In this document: piece after piece, positions 8,485 to 18,100 of the stretch
Position numbering within the stretch: position 1 is the first letter of the stretch
Layout of the letters: every line of letters begins with the position of its first letter
IMG/VR virus record: IMGVR_UViG_3300020045_006193
Span: 1 to 60,483 of that record
DNA from: a virus
Taxonomy: Duplodnaviria; Caudoviricetes
DNA: 60,483 nt
Strand: one strand, 5' to 3'
Notes under the pieces: model-generated
Database searches by the model: none
The model's input: the letters and a program-made list of their open reading frames with translations, nothing else
Told to the model about the DNA's origin: nothing
Program-made: the position numbers and the translations under genes

Positions 8485-9354
8485 ATGAACGACAAAACAA
8501 AAGCAGTGCTACACATTTCCGCGCCAGATAATCAAGAGTTCTCTGAAAAAGGCGTGATAGTGAATCAATCAAATGCGTTAAACGGCGTGTGTGTCGAGAT
8601 TTATCTGCCCACAAAGCCTATTGAATTAGTCAGTACGTTACAGGACTTGATAGATCAAGCCGAAGCCGATAAAAAGGCTTATCCGTTGACTTGGACTTAT
8701 GGTTGGGAGATGACGACATTATATGATACAAGCCGAAGATGGATTAGAGTCGGCGAGGTAAAAGAAGATGGTCGCCAATACAGACGCAAGCCACACGCCG
8801 ACATTATCATGCAAGTCGAGCAGGATAAAATCGATTATCCTGAGTTTTGGTGGGAGTTGGTGCAATATAAGTCTATTTTCGGCGGTGGATTTCAGGCTTT
8901 TTCTGACAAATCTTTTTATAAGAAATTGGAAGAACATAGTGGATACATTGTCCGCCAACACCCACACCGCGAGTCAATAATCGAGTGGCACAAGTGCAGT
9001 GAGGCGGATAAAAAGCGGTGGGAAGAAAAACAAGACTCAGTAAAGCTGTCATGGGGAAACTCACCAAACCCAAAATGGTTGGAGTACAGAGAGTACCGTC
9101 TACGCACCCGCACCTGCAAAGTAACTCTGCAAGACGGCACGGTACTGGAATACCCAGAGCCAGTGCGCGGTGATTTAGAGGTTGGTCGCGTGTATTTTTC
9201 GGTTTGCATTAGAGTAGCCCGTCATATTTATCAGCCAAATAATGCGCGATATTTAATTGACTTGAGAGATGAAGGTGCTTTACATCCAACAGAAGAAAAC
9301 GCATTGCATCACCTAGCCGCCCTGCAAGCGGTTAACTCGCAGGTGTCGGTATAA
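8485..9354 (+). CDS. Hypothetical phage protein with repeated Trp-rich PH...YR(R/L) modules
   Basis: YRRKPHADII, VRQHPHRESII and EYRLR segments; start set to ATG 8485. Confidence 0.7.
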   Translation: MNDKTKAVLHISAPDNQEFSEKGVIVNQSNALNGVCVEIYLPTKPIELVSTLQDLIDQAEADKKAYPLTWTYGWEMTTLYDTSRRWIRVGEVKEDGRQYRRKPHADIIMQVEQDKIDYPEFWWELVQYKSIFGGGFQAFSDKSFYKKLEEHSGYIVRQHPHRESIIEWHKCSEADKKRWEEKQDSVKLSWGNSPNPKWLEYREYRLRTRTCKVTLQDGTVLEYPEPVRGDLEVGRVYFSVCIRVARHIYQPNNARYLIDLRDEGALHPTEENALHHLAALQAVNSQVSV

Positions 9355-9431
9355 CCGACATCAGATACCCTGCCCTTTACTTAATAAAGGGCGGGTATAA
9401 CCCGCCCCGTTCGCGGGGCAATGGAGGATTT

Positions 9432-9962
9432 ATGAGCGAAATAGAAGAATTGGTAAAAAACGCGATTAATGAGTTTGGTGATAGGGCGTATGAAAGGTTT
9501 TTTGTTTCAAATAAAGGGCAAAAAGATGTCTTGCACTCAAACAGTGATATTGATTATTGGATTCAGCATTGTCATATTAAGTTAAAGCCAATGTCAGAAC
9601 TATTCGCCCACGGATGTGACGTGTACGGATTTGAGCAAGAAATTAAGATGTGGGAATGGCAAGACGATGATAATGTGTGGAATGATTTTTCACCCGAACT
9701 TTGTGCTTATGATGAAATTATTTATGGCATGACCGAATATGTCCGCCGACGCAAAACCTCAGTCGCCCGTGCATTTTGCTTGGAGGACGCTAAGGCGGGT
9801 GATGTGGTTGAGTTAAACTTAGGCGATAGAAAAGTGCTTAAATTTATTGGTGAAAGCAGGGTATACGCTGGATTTATTGCGGTCATGGATGAACAAGGTT
9901 TGCATCATGTTAATCCTGAGTCGCTGTGTATGAAATACCCAAAAAAGCTGGTGCAATCATGA
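9432..9962 (+). CDS. Hypothetical protein
   Basis: GGAGG RBS; 176 aa. Confidence 0.75.
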   Translation: MSEIEELVKNAINEFGDRAYERFFVSNKGQKDVLHSNSDIDYWIQHCHIKLKPMSELFAHGCDVYGFEQEIKMWEWQDDDNVWNDFSPELCAYDEIIYGMTEYVRRRKTSVARAFCLEDAKAGDVVELNLGDRKVLKFIGESRVYAGFIAVMDEQGLHHVNPESLCMKYPKKLVQS

Positions 9963-10357
9963 GTAGACCTTTTGCGATTGGTGATTTAGTAACGCTTCCA
10001 GAAATCGGGAATAATCATATTGGGTTTGTTTGGTTTGTTACGATAAATTCAGTAATTATTATGTTTGACAAGCATACGGGGAGAAAAGCCACTTTTGATT
10101 TAAATGGATTTCATAAGGATGAAGATTATCAGCATTATCCGGCAATAAAGACTATCCGCACACAAAGAAAAGGATGCAAAGAGGCGAGGGATATTGTGGC
10201 GAGATGCTTACTAAAAGTCCGATGGCTGAGGAACACAAAAAAATTCACGCTAAAAAGCGAATCCATTGGTAGGCATGAAACTATTCAAAGCGCGTTGATT
10301 TTTGGACACGAGATTTATCGTTATCAAAAATCAATATTAGGGGGTCACAATGCCTAA
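9959..10357 (+). CDS. Hypothetical protein
   Basis: ATGA overlap with the upstream stop (start revised to 9959). Confidence 0.65.
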   Translation: MSRPFAIGDLVTLPEIGNNHIGFVWFVTINSVIIMFDKHTGRKATFDLNGFHKDEDYQHYPAIKTIRTQRKGCKEARDIVARCLLKVRWLRNTKKFTLKSESIGRHETIQSALIFGHEIYRYQKSILGGHNA

Positions 10358-10700
10358 AGTAAAGATAGAAGACCTAACCAACGAACAGCTTGACCATTTT
10401 TGTGCGATTGCGCAAGGGTGGTTTGCGTCAGAAGATGGTAGATGGTGGGATAAAAAAGAATCTACTGAGAGATATGCAATTAGATTTTATCATCCAACAA
10501 CTAACGCCGCCCAGTGCATGGAAATCATGGAGCGCGAGAAGTGGGCTGTTATGTTTGATAGAAATATAGATTTATGGGTATCGACAAGATCAGAACTTTA
10601 TAAATTTGACGAGGCAACAGGCGTAACCGCAAAACAAGCAATAATCCGCTGTTTTATTAAGTCAAAATTGGGGGATGAGGTGGGTTGTGAAAGCATCTAA
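10350..10700 (+). CDS. NinX/DUF2591-like protein
   Basis: LT.EQLD...A.AQG, YHPTTN.AQC..I.ERE and AI.RCF..SKLGDEV pattern. Confidence 0.7.
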   Translation: MPKVKIEDLTNEQLDHFCAIAQGWFASEDGRWWDKKESTERYAIRFYHPTTNAAQCMEIMEREKWAVMFDRNIDLWVSTRSELYKFDEATGVTAKQAIIRCFIKSKLGDEVGCESI

Positions 10701-10736
10701 AATAATCTAATTCCCTGCAATTCGATGGAATTAAAC

Positions 10737-10763
10737 AAAGGCCGCTAGTGATAGCGGCTTTTT
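10737..10763. terminator. Bidirectional terminator between the early operon and the tail fibre
   Basis: AAAGGCCGCTA-GTGA-TAGCGGCTTTTT. Confidence 0.8.
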
Positions 10764-10774
10764 ATTGCCTAAAA

Positions 10775-13102
10775 TTATGCTGCCTCATAAAAACCTTCTA
10801 AAACTATCCTGTCTGAGTCTTTCCATGTGTGTGGCGATGTTGCCGTTACTGGGGTTGATATAATCAAAGAACCTAAGACTTGTGTATGCGCTATGCCTAT
10901 GGTTGCGGTAGACACAAACCTAAACAATCCTTGGTAGTTAGAGATCCCGTTGTTTACAATCATACCAAAACCCAATGGATGAGATATATCTGCGTAATCA
11001 ATGCTAGTAACTGGGTTCGTAAAATAAGGACTCGTTCCCATGCTCGACGTTGAACCAAGGACTATTCGCACTCTGAAAAATACGGTTTTACCGATTTGCT
11101 TATACTTTGCGTCAACCGTACCGTTCCCAAGTGTAAAATTAGTAAAAGTCGGTGTCCAGCTAACCCATGCCGTATCAGTTATCCCTGTATCGATTGGCAG
11201 ACTTACCGCATTAGTTAGATTAACTGCGCTTGGAGTTCCCAATGCCGGCGTGACTAGCGTGCAATTAGTATCAAAAACATTTAATCCAGTGCCAGTTTTG
11301 TTGGTCAGTGCATCCGATAGGTTAGCAGATGAGAAACCGCCTGTAGTTAATGTTGTCGTGCCTGTCGCATTGCCAGCTATTGCACCCGTTAAATTTGGTA
11401 TATTGGTAGTATTGCCTGCCGTCAATCCGCTTGCTGTGCCTGATAAATTGCCGCCAAGTGTCAAGTTCCCTCCGCTTGTGACATTTCCTGTCAGCGTTAA
11501 TCCGTTTACCGTTCCGTTACCCTGTACATAAGTCACGTTGCTATTTGCCGCAGTCTGATTTAATACCGATAACTGAAAGTCACTAATATAATTTTTGTCG
11601 GTTGACGCTGAAATATTAGCCGTGGTTAAGGTGATATTTGACGATAAATTAACACCGTTAATAGTTGTTGATTTATCGGCTTTTGCGGTCAATGCAGCGG
11701 CAGTCAGGTTTGATATTGGAAGCTCTAATGATGTTACGTCACTAACATTACCAAGCCCAACAAAAGATTTATCATGCGTAACTTGCGAGTGATTGTAAGC
11801 GATTAACCCTCTATCACCTCGATATGCTGTTGCCGATGTTTCGCCTAATACTAAACTGCCATTCAGTTGTCCGTAAGTTGAACCTGTCCATCGGTAAAGT
11901 AATTCAGTATCTAAAGTGACATAAATCTTACTAACTTCACCCGTAACAGGCAAAGCCGCAAAATTCGCTACCTCAACAACATCATCAACGTAGCTTGGCA
12001 ATTGGCTTGCTGGCACTGCTCCACCCACCAATTCAGCTACGCCATTTGATGCGCCTTTTTGACTTGCATCAAGCTTTAAATCTAGCGCGGATTGAGTGGC
12101 ATTTGAAACAGGTAATTCGAGCGGGGTAACGTCGGTTACATTGGGCAATCCAATTTGAGTTTTAGTGACATTGTGCGGATTATTAGTTAATGACGTATGG
12201 TTGTATGCGGCTATCCCTAACGCGCCATCAAAAGCTGTCCCAGTTGTATTACCTGCCGTTAAATTAGACGTGCCTTTAGATGCCAGTCCACTTGTTAAGT
12301 TGGTAACATTGCCTTGCAAGGTCGTAATGTTCGATGTTGCGCCGCTAAGGATGCCATTAGTCGTATTGGCATCACTTGATAATATAGTCGTCAGGTTTTG
12401 CAACCCGGTAACATTGCCCTGTATTACACTAATATTAGAGACTGCATCCGCACCTAAATCACCCGCAAAAGCAGTAATATTAGTCGAGCCGATTGTTAAA
12501 TTAGACGTGCCTTTAGCAGAAAATTCGTTGAACTTATCGGCTGTTAATTGACCATCTTGCGTAGCATTGGCATATTGCATAGCAAGAGACAGGCTGTTGT
12601 TTGTAACCGTTCCAGTAAAGCCGCCGCCGTCCGTAAACCCAGCAATACCACTAACATTGCCGCCTGTGATGACCATATCACCGCTACCCAATATCGATAC
12701 ACCGTTGATAGTCTTAATATTGGTAGCTGAAACCAGCGTGGCTTGTTTGCCACTTAAAGCTGTTTGCAGGGTCGAAATATCGCTTGTGGCATTGCCAATC
12801 TCGACGAACTTAGTTGATGTTAGTTGTCCGTTTTGAGTAGCATTAGCGTTCTGTAGCATCAGTGATAGGTTATTGTTGGTGACATTTCCAGTGAAACCGC
12901 CGCCATCGGTAAAATCAACTATACCAGTGAAATTGCTGCTAATGTTGGCAACCTCATTTTGTAGTGCTGTAATCTCAGTTGCCGCAGTCTGCAATCCGTT
13001 CTTTATTGCTACTCGACTTCCTCTTTCATCGGATGCTGAATAGCGAGTCCCGACAACTGGGGTAGTGACGTTTATTGCTGAAACATTGATATTTGAGGTC
13101 AT
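10775..13102 (-). CDS. Tail fibre / receptor-binding protein, very rich in N-X-S/T
   Basis: G/T/S/N-rich; fibre motifs NPHNVTKTQIGL, VPASQLPSYVDDV, LGETSATAYRGDRG; C-terminal SWTPT...KYKQIGKTV domain; internal duplications FTDGGGFTG x2 and KGTSNLT x2. Confidence 0.85.
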   Translation of the reverse strand: MTSNINVSAINVTTPVVGTRYSASDERGSRVAIKNGLQTAATEITALQNEVANISSNFTGIVDFTDGGGFTGNVTNNNLSLMLQNANATQNGQLTSTKFVEIGNATSDISTLQTALSGKQATLVSATNIKTINGVSILGSGDMVITGGNVSGIAGFTDGGGFTGTVTNNSLSLAMQYANATQDGQLTADKFNEFSAKGTSNLTIGSTNITAFAGDLGADAVSNISVIQGNVTGLQNLTTILSSDANTTNGILSGATSNITTLQGNVTNLTSGLASKGTSNLTAGNTTGTAFDGALGIAAYNHTSLTNNPHNVTKTQIGLPNVTDVTPLELPVSNATQSALDLKLDASQKGASNGVAELVGGAVPASQLPSYVDDVVEVANFAALPVTGEVSKIYVTLDTELLYRWTGSTYGQLNGSLVLGETSATAYRGDRGLIAYNHSQVTHDKSFVGLGNVSDVTSLELPISNLTAAALTAKADKSTTINGVNLSSNITLTTANISASTDKNYISDFQLSVLNQTAANSNVTYVQGNGTVNGLTLTGNVTSGGNLTLGGNLSGTASGLTAGNTTNIPNLTGAIAGNATGTTTLTTGGFSSANLSDALTNKTGTGLNVFDTNCTLVTPALGTPSAVNLTNAVSLPIDTGITDTAWVSWTPTFTNFTLGNGTVDAKYKQIGKTVFFRVRIVLGSTSSMGTSPYFTNPVTSIDYADISHPLGFGMIVNNGISNYQGLFRFVSTATIGIAHTQVLGSLIISTPVTATSPHTWKDSDRIVLEGFYEAA

Positions 13103-13162
13103 GACTGTGCGCTGGAGTAATATTGTAATTATTCCAGATTATACCCTTTTTCTTTAGGCAAT

Positions 13163-13192
13163 AAAAAACCCCGTTCTTGCGTTCGGGGTTTT
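13163..13192 (-). terminator. Intrinsic terminator upstream of the tail fibre gene
   Basis: Minus strand AAAACCCCG...CGGGGTTTTTT, followed by a TATAAT at 13143-13138. Confidence 0.7.
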
Positions 13193-13212
13193 CTGTGTTA
13201 CTCACTAGCCTT

Positions 13213-13872
13213 TTACCGACTCGTTATCTCCCACACAAATACAATTAAATCATTGTCGCTATTGCCATCTAGCGACCTTCCCAAAGAATCGACATAAATA
13301 ATATCAAAATTACCTGTTGTTTTTGCTAAATATCTTGGGGTATAACTTCCTTTTTCTGGGTGAGTTTCTCCAAACGAATATACTAGAGCGCCCTGTGTAT
13401 TTCTAATTTCATTTTTTGTATTTCTATCGGACATGATTGCTAGTGCTGTCCTAATATCAAACGGTTTTTGCACAAGTGTTGACTGTTTTTGAAGGCTGGT
13501 TGTTTTTTCTCGATCTGCTTTATCTGCAATTCCTTTCACTATCTCGCCGTACATCTTTGCATCAAAGAATTGATTATTGGTAACGCCTACACCAGTTGAT
13601 AACATATTCTGAATTGCGGATAGTGGGTTATTTCTATTCGGCTGGTCTGACGCTGGCTGTTGCCAGTCTTTGCCGATAGGATTTAATTTATCTATGCGCT
13701 TTAGACTTTGCCATATCGCAAATATAGCAAATAACTCATGATAATCACTTGTTATACCATCACTACGAACCCATAGCCGATAGCTCAAAGGACTAACACA
13801 ACTCCAATGCCCAAGCCCATTATCACGGGCTAATTCATCCATAGCTGGATTAATTCCTAGTTGCTCACTCAT
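13213..13872 (-). CDS. Hypothetical protein
   Basis: Start revised to ATG 13872, which overlaps the upstream stop. Confidence 0.65.
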   Translation of the reverse strand: MSEQLGINPAMDELARDNGLGHWSCVSPLSYRLWVRSDGITSDYHELFAIFAIWQSLKRIDKLNPIGKDWQQPASDQPNRNNPLSAIQNMLSTGVGVTNNQFFDAKMYGEIVKGIADKADREKTTSLQKQSTLVQKPFDIRTALAIMSDRNTKNEIRNTQGALVYSFGETHPEKGSYTPRYLAKTTGNFDIIYVDSLGRSLDGNSDNDLIVFVWEITSR

Positions 13873-14215
13873 AACTAATTCCATTGTCGCGTAGAAGTTG
13901 TTTAAGACGTTCGTTTTCAACTACAGGGCTGTTTGCCCCGTACTTTTCCAGTGTCAAAATACCAATTGGTTCGCCAGTATCTTGCCTTGAAAATGACATT
14001 GACTTGTAATTTTTAGCATCATGCAAATGCGCTGCAATTATCCCAAAAAAACGATTAACAAACCGTTCGCTAACACCAATATTGCCAGACAATACACCAT
14101 CTTCTTTTGCATTATCAGTCGCGCTTAAAAACGTATCCATGTCTCTAAAAAACTCTAATTCCTCACGCCATGCAAAGGCGGTTAATATTTTGAACATTAC
14201 CCTTAATTTACTCAT
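13865..14215 (-). CDS. Hypothetical protein
   Basis: ATGA-coupled to the Rha-like gene. Confidence 0.7.
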   Translation of the reverse strand: MSKLRVMFKILTAFAWREELEFFRDMDTFLSATDNAKEDGVLSGNIGVSERFVNRFFGIIAAHLHDAKNYKSMSFSRQDTGEPIGILTLEKYGANSPVVENERLKQLLRDNGISYE

Positions 14216-14952
14216 GATTGCACCAACTGTTTAGATGATTTATTTTCCAACTCAGTAATCATGCTTTTGCCGATGATGCTTGAGAACTGAATAACACGGT
14301 CTTTTGCCAGTAAGTAAATGTCCTTATAGTGAAGTTTTTGACTCATACCGTCATATAAAGCCTTTTCAATTATCTGGTCGGCGGTAGCTACTTGCATCAA
14401 TTGCCTAATAGACATTACCTCTCTCATGTTTGGGTACTTTTGCTCAAATATGAATAGCGCGGCGTTTTCCATTTTTGCTATTGACTGATAATACATATTT
14501 GCTGACTTGCTACCCTGCTCCATAGCATATTCAACAAAGGTTTTAATCACGTCCGTTTTTTGAAAGTACACCTGTTTTCCGTCTTTTCGCGCACTTAGCC
14601 AGTCTTGATTATTTCTGTTTGCAGTGACCTTAGCTAAAGCGGCTCGCATTCTCATGAACTCATCAATAATGCGCATCTTTAGATCAATACTTTTAGGCGT
14701 GGTTTTTGAGATGGTAACTAAAAGCATGAATTGTTCTTCATTTAAAAAGAAGCTTTTTTCCTGACCACCTTTCTTTTTATTCGCATCGTTTTGAAACGCT
14801 TCGAATACCTTGCCGTATTTTTCAAAACTATGTAAATTTTTTGATACCAGTAACTTAAAGTTTCGATGCTCCGCATAACCAAACCCAGCGAAAATTCCAA
14901 ACGTACTAACACGCGCCTCTTTGCCTTGGTAAAGGCTAACTAACTTTTCCAT
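14212..14952 (-). CDS. Rha-family phage regulatory protein
   Basis: RVST..I...F...H, GG..K.F.LNEEQ..LL.T and K..I..EF..MR pattern. Confidence 0.75.
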   Translation of the reverse strand: MEKLVSLYQGKEARVSTFGIFAGFGYAEHRNFKLLVSKNLHSFEKYGKVFEAFQNDANKKKGGQEKSFFLNEEQFMLLVTISKTTPKSIDLKMRIIDEFMRMRAALAKVTANRNNQDWLSARKDGKQVYFQKTDVIKTFVEYAMEQGSKSANMYYQSIAKMENAALFIFEQKYPNMREVMSIRQLMQVATADQIIEKALYDGMSQKLHYKDIYLLAKDRVIQFSSIIGKSMITELENKSSKQLVQS

Positions 14953-15121
14953 AATGTAATCTCGTTCATTGAAGGAATTTACATTATATACTATTTTTTG
15001 TAAAAATAATCATTAAATAATATTTGATGCTAATCTCTAGCCAAGCTATTTATTAAGCTGTTCAAGTATAGTAATTTCATGTTTTTCAGGGCTATCAAAC
15101 GCTGTCTTGTCGTTAGGTCGG

Positions 15122-18100
15122 CTATCTCAAGCTATTAAAAACACTATCATTCAACACCTTCATTCTCTGGGCAATGCGATCATCAATGCCTCTAATCACC
15201 GAAGAATCAGCATTTTTAGCCATCAACTCTTTACGCCGCTTAGTCAGATTATTAACTATTTTTTCAAAGCCTTTCGCCTTATTAACCATCTTTGCATCTG
15301 GGTTTTCAGATAGGTATTCGGCAATCTTAACCCTGCCGCTCGGCTCTTTCTTCAAGCCATTAATCTCATTTTCGTGTTCATTCAATCGTCTCAGATTATC
15401 ATAATACGCGCCACGCTCAACAGCATTGCCCGAAGTTTCACCGTACAGTTTACCCAGCAATGGTACTTTACGCACTGGCAATTCTTCATTATTAAATGGT
15501 GTTGCTGCTGCCTGTGCTGCATTGGCTAACTCGCGGTATGTTCCTCCGCCGAATTGTCCGAACACATAATCGAGCTGGTCAGGCGTTGGACTCCATGCGC
15601 CTTGCTTATAATCCGTGCCGCCTGTTAGCTTATTGATTGCTTCGGCTGCCAGTTTAGACGCACCTGTAGCCGTGTCTTTTTTACGGGTAAATCCTGCCGT
15701 TGGATTCAGTGAACTAAAATCTTCCTTGTAAATAGTTTTACCAGTCCAATCTTTATTGCGCCACAATGCAACAATAGGGTCAGCTACCGTAGGCGTGATA
15801 GTTTGCCCGATGTCTTTACCGCCCAATGGGTTAAAGTTATCGATAACCGAAGTTAGCAACTCCCCGAAGCGTTGAGTTTTAGAAACCTTGTTACTGCCGA
15901 ATATCATTTCAACAGACTTTCGCCCGATGTTTGGTATCACGTTAAAGCCTAAAGGCATAGGGATTGCAAAGTATTTTCCTTTGTTGGCAAAATCAGGAAT
16001 GATTAAATTACGTTCACGGATAAACTCAGGTATTTTATCCCAATCATCCGCGCCCATTGCTGTAATACCAAGTAATGCCGCCGCCGCGCCTAATGCTACG
16101 CCACTGGCAAGTAACTTTTTACCCGCTGGACTGCGTAGGGTTTCAAACATACGGGTATTGCCTTGCACCGAGGCATTAAAAAACGCATAAAACGCACCTA
16201 TTTTAGTGGTTGCCGCGCCTTTGCGGTTGAAGTTCACCGTGATGTTTTTTGCAATACTGGCTGATTTATCAATTGATAGACCATTGTCACGCGCCACTTT
16301 GTAAGCGGCTAAACGCACAGAATTTTCCATTGCAGTATTAAAGTCAGATAGCCATTTAAAGGTCGCTGATAAAGCTAATCTAGCTTGACTGTCGCCGTGC
16401 TTGTCAAATTCCCGCTGAATAGCTTTGTGTCGTTGGTTCACATCGGCAAACAAATCACGAAAACCAGTTGTACCACCTGCTAATGAATATTCGCGGTATA
16501 AATCTGCCATTGCCCCAGTTGTGGCATTGCCGCGTTCTGCGCCATAAATCGCCTTTAAAGCGGGTGCGATAGCTTTCATTACTGAGGCTTGCTTACCTGC
16601 TAACGGTGTGCTGGCTAAGTTAATTAATCCACCTTGAGCATCACGCATTAAGTTCATGATACCGAAGACAAGGTTATATTGCGTATTCACCGAAGCAAAC
16701 CAGCGCGTACCTTTGGCAATTATGTTTTCCACCATATCTAAATCTGCGCCGTCCATGTTTTTTAGTGCCAATGCTAGACGCGCCGCGCTTTCGTTGCGTG
16801 GATTAAACTCAATGCCAATGTCTTTGCCGTTGTGGCGTGTCATCACATAATTGTCTTTGTTGCGATAAGATGGGTCAATATGGGTTTCAACGAAACCATT
16901 AACCAGTGAATCAACTGTAGGCACTTTACCGACTACTGCAAAATCAGGATCAGGATGTGCGGTTAAGAAGTTTATCAAGGCAGTATCAACACGCGCCTTT
17001 TCGCCACGAGTTAAAGCTTGTTCCCGTGCCATAGCGATATGAGACAGAATGTTAGTTACTTCTGAATTTGAACCAGTAGCATTTTTAAAGGCTGACCCCT
17101 GAACGCTAAAACCACTACCTACAGGGTGGCTGTTTTGTTCGGGGTGCGCCTCATCACGGTGCAAAGGAACATAGTTTTCCCAGGCCGCATTTAAGTCGTC
17201 AATGGTTTGCTGTGTTTCAAGTCCGTATTCGACTTGTAAATCCAGTGTCTTTTGATTGATTGCGTAAACCTTATTGGCTAACGCTTGCATCTTGGCTTTA
17301 TCGGTAGGCGATAGCGCGTCAATAACAGCCTGTGCATCAGCATCACTAATTCCAGACAGTGACAAGCGTTCTTCCTCAGTACCTTTAAACGGTCTGGCGC
17401 GTTTCCACCGTGCCAATTCTTTGTCATCACCATTAGCAGTGTGTAAGGCGATAGCGTCATCAATCATTTGCTGATTAGGGTTACGCTCTGCCATGACCGC
17501 GTTACGGCTTGGTGCGTGTTTAGCGTGTAAGAACTTTTGAAAGCTATCCATACTTAGTCCAGCATCATGCAATCCTTTCAGGATAGGATTAAGCTCATCT
17601 TTCAGGAAGTCATCAACCCGTTGTGATAAACGCTTATGGTAAAGTTCTTCTGCCATACGCGGGTCTTGGTCTTCGGTGATAATACCGCCATTTTTAACCA
17701 CGTCCTGCATACGGCGTTTTAAGTCGATGTATTTGTCTTGCAGCAGGTAGATGGCGTTGTCTTTGGCTTTCTGGCTAAAGGTAGATTTAATGCTATCGGT
17801 AGCCGCACTAGCCATTGAATACCGAATATCAGGCGATTGCGTAGGTTCTTCATTGCTGGTCAACTTAGCTTGATTTGATTCAAAGACAATGGCGTATTTA
17901 GCATCTTTCAGGTAAATAGCATCAAACCCTTGCGCCTTGAGCTTATCGGCATAAGCCTTGGCTTCTTCAATGCTGTCAAACTGCGGCAATTGATCAACAG
18001 TCATGTCCTTAACTTTCTGCGCTGACAAATAGAACTCTCGCACATCAGAACCGTAATTCGTAGCAGTTTCGCGTTGTGGAGAGAAAAAGAATCCTAACCC

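Noticed and set aside
10709-10732. Imperfect palindrome AATTCCCTGCAATTCGATGGAATT as an operator
   Set aside because: Single copy with only 6-bp arms; not enough support.
10775-11200. Diversity-generating retroelement acting on the fibre tip
   Set aside because: No reverse transcriptase ORF, and I found no second near-copy of this region differing at adenines.
13213-14215. Phage-encoded glycosyltransferase beside the fibre gene
   Set aside because: The two ORFs are short and show no GT-A (DxD) or GT-B/GT41 features that I can recognise; a structure search would be needed to exclude it fully.
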